The notes beneath the pieces were generated by a model. The model had not been told where the DNA came from and searched no databases. It saw only the letters and a list, made by a program, of their open reading frames with translations. DNA of 64,000 nt, from IMG/VR virus record IMGVR_UViG_3300010266_000007, positions 2,012 through 66,011 of that record, one strand, 5' to 3'. Below, one piece after another: positions 57,100 to 64,000 of the stretch. Origin of the DNA: a virus. Its lineage: Duplodnaviria; Caudoviricetes. The position numbers and the translations under genes are program-made. Each line of letters begins with the position of its first letter. Positions within the stretch are counted from its first letter, which is position 1.

Positions 57100-58566
57100 A
57101 TGGCTACTACTACTTTTAATACCCGCATTTCCCTGAAGTATGATACTTATGCTAACTGGGTTGAAAAAGACCCTGTGTTGCTGGCAGGTGAGCTTGCGGT
57201 TGTTGTTGTGCCTGCCGCCACCGGGGCTGTGGCTAAAGAACCTGCCATCCTGTTCAAGGCCGGTGACGGTTCTTCTAAGTTCAGCCAGCTGCAGTTTGCC
57301 GCTGGTCTGGCTGCCGATGTGTACGACTGGGCAAAGGCTGAGAATAAGCCGACTTATTCCGCCAATGAGATTACCGGCCTGTCCGACTACATCTCCGGCG
57401 AAATTCAGGACACTGATACCCAGTACAAGCTGGAGGTTGATGCGGACAATGCTCGCAAATTCCATCTGTATTCTCAGGCAAAGGGCGGTTCAACATGGTC
57501 TCTGGTAAGCACTATCACCATCCCCGATGAGACCGTTTATACATTGATTGAGGGTGGCGCCAATGGTACCGTTAAGTTCAATGGTACTGATGTGAAGGTG
57601 CATGGTCTGGGCACGGCTGCTTATAAGGATGAGGGTGCTTTCGAGGCCGCCGGTGCTGCCACTACCGCATTGGACGATGCAAAGACATACGCCGATGGTA
57701 AAGACGCCGCTATCGCTGCGGCCAAGAAAGCCGGTACAGACGCCCAGGCCGATGTGGACGCATTGGAAGAGCTGGTCGGTTCTCTGCCTGCCGGTGTGAC
57801 TGCTACCACCGTTGTGGGTTATGTGGATGAGAAGGTCGGTGCTATTCCTGCGCAGACCGACTATACGGTTGCTGTTACCGCCTCTACACCCGAAGGCATC
57901 GCAAAGCGTTATAACATCAAGCAGACCGCAACCAATCTGGATGTGAACATCGATATCCCGAAGGATATGGTTGTGAAGTCTGGTACGGTTGAGACAAAGG
58001 CTGAGGCTGGTGCATGGGGCGAGGCTGGTACATACCTGCATCTGGTTCTTGCCAACGCTGCTGAAGACAACATCTACATCAATGTTGGCAGCCTGATTGA
58101 GTATGTCACTTCTGGTTCCAAAGTTGGCGACCAGATTGTGATTGATGTTAGCGCCGACCATAAGGTAACTGCTACTCTTACGGAAGGCTCTGTGACTCTG
58201 GCACAGCTCCACGCTGATGTGCAGACCGCTATCGGCAAGGCTCATAGCCATACGAATAAGGCTGAGCTGGACAAGATTGTTACTGGCGATAAGGCAAAGT
58301 GGGACGCTGCTGAACAGAAGGCTCACGAGCATGGGAATAAGACTATTCTCGACGCTATCTCTCAGGATAAGGTCGATGCGTGGGACGGCGCTGTTACTAA
58401 GCAGCATGAGCACGCAAACAAGACTGTGCTTGACGGCATCTCCGCCGAGAAGGTTGCGGATTGGGACAGCAAGGCTGCTGGCAACCATGAGCACGATATT
58501 ACCGAGTTGAAGCAGGCTTCCGGTTATATCATCTTCAACTGCGGCAGCGCCACTTTGAATATCTGA
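57100..58566 (+). CDS. Tail fibre protein with Mtd_N-like head and HxH repeats
   Basis: FNTRISLKYDTYANW...LLAGELA...KAGDG; AHSH/AHEH/QHEH/NHEH repeats. Confidence 0.72.
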   Translation: MATTTFNTRISLKYDTYANWVEKDPVLLAGELAVVVVPAATGAVAKEPAILFKAGDGSSKFSQLQFAAGLAADVYDWAKAENKPTYSANEITGLSDYISGEIQDTDTQYKLEVDADNARKFHLYSQAKGGSTWSLVSTITIPDETVYTLIEGGANGTVKFNGTDVKVHGLGTAAYKDEGAFEAAGAATTALDDAKTYADGKDAAIAAAKKAGTDAQADVDALEELVGSLPAGVTATTVVGYVDEKVGAIPAQTDYTVAVTASTPEGIAKRYNIKQTATNLDVNIDIPKDMVVKSGTVETKAEAGAWGEAGTYLHLVLANAAEDNIYINVGSLIEYVTSGSKVGDQIVIDVSADHKVTATLTEGSVTLAQLHADVQTAIGKAHSHTNKAELDKIVTGDKAKWDAAEQKAHEHGNKTILDAISQDKVDAWDGAVTKQHEHANKTVLDGISAEKVADWDSKAAGNHEHDITELKQASGYIIFNCGSATLNI

Positions 58567-58587
58567 GACCCGATAAAATAAAAGCAA

Positions 58588-58618
58588 CCCCGTCGTGTGT
58601 CATACACGGCGGGGATTT
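58588..58618 (+). terminator. Stem-loop after fibre gene
   Basis: CCCCGTCGTGT-gtcat-ACACGGCGGGG followed by ATTT. Confidence 0.6.
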
Positions 58619-58640
58619 CGCTTAAAAGGAGGCTACCTAC

Positions 58641-59105
58641 ATGGCTGAATTTAACACACGAATCAGACTCAAACGAGATACGAGCGCAAACTGGACGAAC
58701 AGTAACCCTGTCATTCTGGACGGGGAAATCATCATTGTCGATACGGCCAGCGGTAGCGTTCGCAGGAAGATTGGTGATGGGACAAAGACCTACTCACAGC
58801 TCCCGTTTGACGATGAAGACATCTACAATGCGCTTGCAGGGAAATGTGACGCAAGCGTATTTATCAATACCACTTTGGTGGCAGGCAGTTGGTCAAATGG
58901 TCAGCAGACGCTGACCGTTGCTGGGCTTGGCGCAGAGCAGAATGGTGTAATTGGCATTTCACAGAGTATTTCTGATGAACAATTTGCCGCAGCTGCGGAA
59001 GCCTGCCTGTATGTCTGCTCACAAAGTGCAGGCTCTATCACGATTGCGGCCAACGGAACAGTACCGGAATGTGACATTCCCGTTACCGTGATTTTGCTGT
59101 CTTAA
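58641..59105 (+). CDS. Mtd_N-like small tail protein
   Basis: FNTRIRLKRDTSANW...ILDGE...KIGDG; C-domain paralogous to the next gene. Confidence 0.72.
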   Translation: MAEFNTRIRLKRDTSANWTNSNPVILDGEIIIVDTASGSVRRKIGDGTKTYSQLPFDDEDIYNALAGKCDASVFINTTLVAGSWSNGQQTLTVAGLGAEQNGVIGISQSISDEQFAAAAEACLYVCSQSAGSITIAANGTVPECDIPVTVILLS

Positions 59106-59121
59106 TGGGAAGGAGGCCTTT

Positions 59122-59523
59122 ATGAACACGACAAACTATAACCTCTATCTTGAAGATGACAGCACGACACGCTTCCTTGACTGGCGCAAAAAGATGAACG
59201 GAACCGATAACTCCAATATGGTGAAAATCGATGCTGCTCTCGGTGAGAAAGCGAATAGCAGCGTGGCAGTGAATACAACTTTACTCGCCTCTGCATGGAT
59301 TGGTGTCGAGGCTCCATACACGCAGGAGCTCACCGTAACAGGTCTTACGGCTTTACAGAATGGGACTATCTCGGTGGCGCACAGTGCCACGGCAGAACAG
59401 CGCGAAATTGCCAGAGAAGCAATGCTGTCTGTTATCGGGCAGGAGGATGGCAAGCTGACTATCGCCGCAGATGGTGAAATGCCCGAATTTGATATCCCGG
59501 TCTACATCATTTTGTTAGGTTAA
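59122..59523 (+). CDS. Small tail protein, paralogous C-domain
   Basis: NTTL.A..W...TLTV.GL.A.QNG...TIAA.G..PE.DIPV..ILL shared with 58641. Confidence 0.68.
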   Translation: MNTTNYNLYLEDDSTTRFLDWRKKMNGTDNSNMVKIDAALGEKANSSVAVNTTLLASAWIGVEAPYTQELTVTGLTALQNGTISVAHSATAEQREIAREAMLSVIGQEDGKLTIAADGEMPEFDIPVYIILLG

Positions 59524-59538
59524 AAGGAGGATGATTTC

Positions 59539-61551
59539 ATGCCTATTTTATCAAATTTTCCCGGCGGAGCTGGCTCCGGCAGCGGTGGCGTGACGCTCGG
59601 CGCGGTTTCCAATATCAATGTGCTTGTTGCTTCAGGCAAGGTATATGTGAAATGGACTGACCCTTCCGATATTGTGGTATCGGGTTCTACGCTTGCAGCA
59701 TGGGGTGGAACCTTGCTTGTGCGCAAGGCCGGTTCCGCTCCTAAGAGCCGCCGCGATGGCACTGTAGTGCTGGACAGCAAGACGAGAGATGCCTACAAAA
59801 CATCTTATTTCTGCGACAGCGGTCTTTCCAACGGTGTTACCTACTACTATAAGTTCTTCCCTTATACCACAAATAATGCCTACACAGACAGCGAAGATAA
59901 TGCATTTACAGCAACGCCTACCGTTCAGGTCACTGGCATTTCAAGCTGGAATGTGACAGGTATGACTGCATCAGAAGAAGCTGGCAACGGCAAAATGACT
60001 GTTAAGTGGACTGACCCCGCTGCAAGCATTACATCGGACGGTGTTACACTGGCAACATGGGAAAGCACTACGATTGTTGTTAAGGCTGATGGTTATGCAT
60101 CCGGTAAGGACGACCCTGGGGCTGCGTTTACACGAAAGGTCACGACTCGCAACCAGTACGCCAATACGCCGCTGACCATTACAGGCCTGACGAACGGGAC
60201 GACTTACTATATCAGTTTCTATCCCGAGACTACAGACGGTGGCATCAATACTTCTACATCTCAGCGGACTACCGGTAAGGCAAACCGTATTACCATTTCA
60301 GCAATCCCTTCACAAAGCGGTACATTGACCTATAACGGTAACAGCCAGTCTCCCACTTGGAGCAACTACAGTGCTACCAAGACCACCATTGGAGGCACCA
60401 CATCAGGAACAAATGCTAATAATTACAACGCTACATTTACTCCGACTGCGGATTATCGTTGGTCAGATGGGAGCACCACGGCAAAAACAGTTGTGTGGTC
60501 AATCGGCAAGGCTGCTGGCTCTTTAAGCATTAGCCCTACCTCCATTACGCTGAATGCCTCCAACAGGTCAAAAACGATTACCGTTACGCGGGCTGGTAAC
60601 GGTGTTGTCAGTGCGAGTTCCAATAATACGGGCGTGGCAAAGGTGACCGTTTCCGGCACGACTGTTACGGTTTCCAGCGTGAATGACACGACTGGTAATG
60701 CGACCATTACCATCAGTGTTGCGGCTGGCACAAACCATACCGCACCCGCCAGCAAGACCTGCGCTGTGACTGCATCCTTCAAACCTACGGCTTCCACTGC
60801 TGCTACTTCTGGCGTGAATTATACATCCGGTCTTTCCGGCGTAGCAGCATCGGATGTAACGCTGTTTGCTGAGGCAATCTCTAACAACAGTAGCATCACA
60901 AACGCGACATCCACGGTGTACATTGATTTCGGCAGCGTTCATCGTAAGGTCAGTGTTGGCGACCAGGTGACGCTCGCCCTGAATGGTACGAATTACACCT
61001 TTGATGTAATTGGTTTTAACCATGATACGCTGACAACATCTACCGCGTATGGTGCTACCACTAAGACCGGCAAGGCTGGTATCACATTCCAGATGCATGA
61101 CCTGTTTGCAACGACCTATGTGATGAACAGTTCTAACACAAACAGCGGCGGCTGGAAGAGTAGCGCTATGCGCACCTCGACGATGGCGACTATGAAGGGG
61201 TATCTGCCCGCAGCATGGCAGACAGCCATCAAGCCGGTCAATAAAGTTTCCGGCACTGGCGGCGGTTCTTCAAGCGGTACGGAAACAGTCTCCGACAGCT
61301 GCTTCCTGCTGGCCGAAATCGAAATCTTCGGTTCCACCACCTATTCCGTTTCTGGAGAAGGAACGCAGTACGCATATTACAAGGCAGGCAACTCGAAGGT
61401 GAAGAACAAAGGTGGCTCCGCTTACATCTGGTGGGAGCGTTCTCCTATTTCTGGCAACAGCAATCTTTTCTGTTATGTCATCAGCAACGGCGGCGCCGAC
61501 AATTACTACGCCAACTACAGTTATGGCGTCGCTTTCGGCTTCTGCGTCTAA
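59539..61551 (+). CDS. DGR target: receptor-binding tail fibre (Fn3/Ig-like repeats plus C-terminal CLec/DUF6273-like domain)
   Basis: Two VKWTDP Fn3-like units, Thr-rich Ig-like domains, C-terminal WWERSP...GVAFGFCV containing the VR. Confidence 0.88.
   Translation: MPILSNFPGGAGSGSGGVTLGAVSNINVLVASGKVYVKWTDPSDIVVSGSTLAAWGGTLLVRKAGSAPKSRRDGTVVLDSKTRDAYKTSYFCDSGLSNGVTYYYKFFPYTTNNAYTDSEDNAFTATPTVQVTGISSWNVTGMTASEEAGNGKMTVKWTDPAASITSDGVTLATWESTTIVVKADGYASGKDDPGAAFTRKVTTRNQYANTPLTITGLTNGTTYYISFYPETTDGGINTSTSQRTTGKANRITISAIPSQSGTLTYNGNSQSPTWSNYSATKTTIGGTTSGTNANNYNATFTPTADYRWSDGSTTAKTVVWSIGKAAGSLSISPTSITLNASNRSKTITVTRAGNGVVSASSNNTGVAKVTVSGTTVTVSSVNDTTGNATITISVAAGTNHTAPASKTCAVTASFKPTASTAATSGVNYTSGLSGVAASDVTLFAEAISNNSSITNATSTVYIDFGSVHRKVSVGDQVTLALNGTNYTFDVIGFNHDTLTTSTAYGATTKTGKAGITFQMHDLFATTYVMNSSNTNSGGWKSSAMRTSTMATMKGYLPAAWQTAIKPVNKVSGTGGGSSSGTETVSDSCFLLAEIEIFGSTTYSVSGEGTQYAYYKAGNSKVKNKGGSAYIWWERSPISGNSNLFCYVISNGGADNYYANYSYGVAFGFCV
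61411..61551 (+). repeat. DGR variable region (VR) with IMH
   Basis: Aligns to TR 62259-62393 over 135 nt with 16 mismatches, 15 at TR adenines. Confidence 0.97.
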
Positions 61552-61604
61552 CCTCTCCACCCCGCCGCATTTGCTTTGACGCAGAATGCCCAGTGCGCAA
61601 ACAA

Positions 61605-61675
61605 GGGCAGCCCGCTCTCCCCGGTCAGGGGAGACGGCTGCCCGTATGCCGCATTGTGTAAGGGGTACACCCCTT
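61605..61675 (+). promoter_or_regulatory. GC-rich hairpins downstream of IMH (candidate target-recognition cruciform)
   Basis: GGGCAGCC..TCTCCCC/GGGGAGA..GGCTGCCC (61605-61643) and AAGGGG-TACA-CCCCTT (61660-61675). Confidence 0.6.
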
Positions 61676-61734
61676 GCGGTTAGAGGTGTGGGAATCCCAT
61701 TCGCATAAGTAAAACGGAAGAAAAGGAGGAAAGA

Positions 61735-62202
61735 ATGTCCGTATATAAATCAAAGCGCAGTACGAGCGCAATCCAGTATGTCGAGAACGCACGGCAACTA
61801 CAGGTGTTTACCATCAAGAATTGCGTGAAGTTCCCCAAACGATATACCTATATTGTCGTGCAAAAAATTGCGAATCTTGTGGAAGACATTGACACCCATG
61901 TGCGCGTGGCAGAATCAATGATGCCGACCAATCTGCATGAAGCACAGCTAAAGCGTGATGAGCTCACTTACACTTTCGGCTTGCTCAACAGCTTGGATGA
62001 TAAGCTTCAGCTGATGTATGACATCGTTTCAGACAACCCGAATTTCAAGACGGAGTTTAAGTGGTTGCCTAACGCCATGCTTGAATGGGGTCGGCTCATC
62101 CAGAAGGAGCGTGACCTTATTACGGGCGTCAAGAAGGCAGACCGGAAACGGTTCAAGGAAAAATTCAAGGAATACGAAGATAACAGTATTCCGACAAATT
62201 AA
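61735..62202 (+). CDS. avd: DGR accessory variability determinant (Avd-like four-helix bundle)
   Basis: 155 aa; KFPKRYTY motif, helical; located between VR and TR. Confidence 0.85.
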   Translation: MSVYKSKRSTSAIQYVENARQLQVFTIKNCVKFPKRYTYIVVQKIANLVEDIDTHVRVAESMMPTNLHEAQLKRDELTYTFGLLNSLDDKLQLMYDIVSDNPNFKTEFKWLPNAMLEWGRLIQKERDLITGVKKADRKRFKEKFKEYEDNSIPTN

Positions 62203-62258
62203 GTTACTCTAAGGTCAAGTCTCGTCTTGTTGTGTTCTGTGGGCTTTTGGGCTGCTGT

Positions 62259-62393
62259 GGTGGCTCCGCTAACAACTGGTGGGAGCGTTCTCCTAATTCT
62301 GGCAACAGCAATAATTTCTGTAATGTCAACAGCAACGGCAACGCCAACAATAACAACGCCAACAACAGTAATGGCGTCGCTTTCGGATTCTGT
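62259..62393 (+). ncRNA. DGR template region (TR) with IMH*
   Basis: 17 AAC/AAT codons in 45, colinear with VR; 3' end GGA TTC TGT differs from IMH GGC TTC TGC. Confidence 0.97.
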
Positions 62394-62641
62394 AGGTCTA
62401 TAGGTCAATCAAAGTAACCCTCGTGGCGAAATTTGTACTTCTGCAGAAGGGAGACTTGTTCCTGTAGCATAGTGAAATATGCTCAAAACAGTGTGTCGAT
62501 GATATGCACCGGATGACGCTTCTTGCATGGCCGATGAATACGGGAATAGTCGGTTTCATGGTGCGGACTACGCAGTTAGAACTCCCGCCTACAATAAGAC
62601 TGTACGGCACACCCAATTTTCTTGTATATAAGGGATGAGGT
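62394..62641 (+). ncRNA. DGR spacer RNA between TR and RT
   Basis: 248-nt non-coding interval at the position of the cDNA-priming spacer in known DGRs. Confidence 0.5.
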
Positions 62642-63826
62642 ATGAACAGTAAGGAAAGACATGAAATTAGATATCAGCGCAGAGTGGCGGCTCGTCAGGC
62701 GAAAAGGACTGCCTACAGTGAAAGCTTTGGCCGTTATGAAGATGTGTTCTCCTATGAGCACCTTTATCAGGCGGGCAAGAACTGCTGCAAAGGGGTTATG
62801 TGGAAGAACAGTACACAAAGCTATATGAGCCGCATTACCACGAACACCGCCAGCACGCATGACGCATTGTTACGCAGAGAGTTCAGGAGCCGTGGCTTCC
62901 ATGACTTTGACCTAATTGAGCGCGGAAAACTACGGCATATTCGGAGCGTTCATATCTCCGAGCGCGTAGTGCAGAGATGTCTTTGCGACAATATACTTGT
63001 CCCTGTGTTTTCTCACTCATTTGTTTTTGATAACGCCGCAAGTCTGAAAGGCAAAGGTGTTGATTTTGCTATGGACAGGCTGGATAGGCACTTGCATAGA
63101 TTCTATCGAAAGTTTGGCGTCGAAGGCGTAGAATCTGGCGGTGTTCTCACGGGCGATTTTTCCGATTTCTTTAACAGTGCGCCGCACTCTATTATCTATA
63201 GAGAAGCGGAACGCAGGATACATGACGATGATGTGCGTCGTATTGCCTGCCAGTTCATGGAGGACTTCGGAGATGTTGGTTTTGGACTTGGCAGTCAGGT
63301 GTCGCAGATAGATGCGCTTATGGTCGCAAGCCCGCTTGACCACTTCATAAAGGAACAGCTACACATCAAATACTATGGAAGATATATGGATGACTTCTAT
63401 CTGATACATGAGAACAGAGAATATCTGAAATATTGCATGGAGGAAATCAGAAAGAAGTGCAAGGAATACGGATTTGTTTTGAACGAGAAGAAGACAAAGA
63501 TAGCGCCGCTGCGCAAGGGAGTCAAATTCTTGAAAACGAAGTTTTTTCTGAATGAAACCGGTGCGGTCATTCGCAAGATGAACCGAAAATCACCGGTCAA
63601 GATGCGGAAGAAGCTCAGAATATTCCGAAGGTGGATAGATGAAGGAAGGTTCACTATCACAGATGTAGAGACAGCCTATCAAAGCTGGCGCGGACATATG
63701 ATTCGTGGAAACAGCACGCTTGTCTTGCGGAAGATGGATGCTTTCTACAACAGTTTATTCAAGAACAAGGAGGATTCAGGACATGGTAAAGTTTCTGAAG
63801 AACGGCAGCTTGCTCGCGCTTGTTGA
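62642..63826 (+). CDS. DGR reverse transcriptase
   Basis: 394 aa; ERVVQR, GKGVDFA, GDFSDFFNS, GLGSQVSQ, YGRYMDDF, VKFL. Confidence 0.96.
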   Translation: MNSKERHEIRYQRRVAARQAKRTAYSESFGRYEDVFSYEHLYQAGKNCCKGVMWKNSTQSYMSRITTNTASTHDALLRREFRSRGFHDFDLIERGKLRHIRSVHISERVVQRCLCDNILVPVFSHSFVFDNAASLKGKGVDFAMDRLDRHLHRFYRKFGVEGVESGGVLTGDFSDFFNSAPHSIIYREAERRIHDDDVRRIACQFMEDFGDVGFGLGSQVSQIDALMVASPLDHFIKEQLHIKYYGRYMDDFYLIHENREYLKYCMEEIRKKCKEYGFVLNEKKTKIAPLRKGVKFLKTKFFLNETGAVIRKMNRKSPVKMRKKLRIFRRWIDEGRFTITDVETAYQSWRGHMIRGNSTLVLRKMDAFYNSLFKNKEDSGHGKVSEERQLARAC

Positions 63827-64000
63827 GCAGCCGAACTGGGTCTACCTGCAGGAGAACGGCGCCTATGGCCTGTGTGATTATGAAAACGCACAGGGCGTCG
63901 CTATCAATGGTATCGTCTATAATCTTGCTGGAAACCTCATCAGTGAGAACGGCGAAGTCGATTTCAAGGATATTCCCAGCGGTGAATATATGATGCAGCA
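63783..64000 (+). CDS. Hypothetical protein, runs off right edge
   Basis: ATG after AAGGAGG, MVKFLKNGSLLALVEQPNWV..., open to the end. Confidence 0.65.
   Translation, partial: MVKFLKNGSLLALVEQPNWVYLQENGAYGLCDYENAQGVAINGIVYNLAGNLISENGEVDFKDIPSGEYMMQ

Larger units (their letters stand above)
59539..63826 (+). mobile_element. Diversity-generating retroelement (target-VR, avd, TR, RT)
   Basis: TR/VR pair with adenine-specific mismatches plus Avd-like and DGR-type RT genes. Confidence 0.97.
1..64000. mobile_element. Large temperate phage/prophage segment with SPbeta-like gene order
   Basis: Terminase-portal-protease-capsid-tail-TMP module, YonO-like RNAP, HU, MrpR-like and CI-like repressors, ERF/SSB; no host housekeeping operons recognised. 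Confidence 0.95.

Noticed and set aside
62259-62393. AAC/AAT-rich tract as microsatellite or CRISPR
   Set aside because: Explained by the TR; no repeat-spacer periodicity was seen anywhere in the window.
62232-62417. Asn-rich 61-aa ORF
   Set aside because: It is the DGR template region; the Asn codons are the mutable AAY positions, not evidence of a protein.
62642-63826. RT as group II intron or retron
   Set aside because: Too short for a maturase, carries the DGR-type GLGSQVSQ motif, and has adjacent avd, TR and VR.

Overview
The whole window reads as part of a large temperate dsDNA phage or prophage with SPbeta-like architecture. The host is probably a Clostridia-type Firmicute; this is inferred from gene content, not measured. 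1-17.8 kb is mostly minus strand. It carries a recombination module (PD-(D/E)XK nuclease, SSB, ERF, HD hydrolase), a lysis-lysogeny region (MrpR-like repressor, stand-alone MazF-family RNase, CI/LexA-type repressor, face-to-face promoters, a candidate antisense RNA), a tRNA-repair/modification cluster (CCA enzyme, Pol-beta-type nucleotidyltransferase, IscS, metallophosphoesterase, Thg1), an HNH-AP2 endonuclease and many small ORFs. From 17.85 kb onward everything is plus strand: an SF2 helicase-like gene, a YonO-like single-chain RNA polymerase, a phosphoesterase, three tRNAs, a tyrosine recombinase, HU, terminase, portal, protease/scaffold, capsid, tail tube, a 2140-aa tape measure and a long tail-fibre array. 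The window ends in a complete diversity-generating retroelement (target VR, avd, TR, RT). The most unusual observation is a second, start-less copy of the DGR target 3' end (VR, IMH and 36 nt of downstream DNA) 37 kb upstream, between a terminator and the tRNA array. It carries a different, adenine-diversified allele apparently taken from a related phage. Other notable signals are a 63-bp near-perfect palindrome in a folded intergenic region, a 28-bp AT-rich motif shared by three operons, and a head-to-head gene junction where both genes lack normal 5' ends. Family assignments come from motif recognition; no database searches were run.
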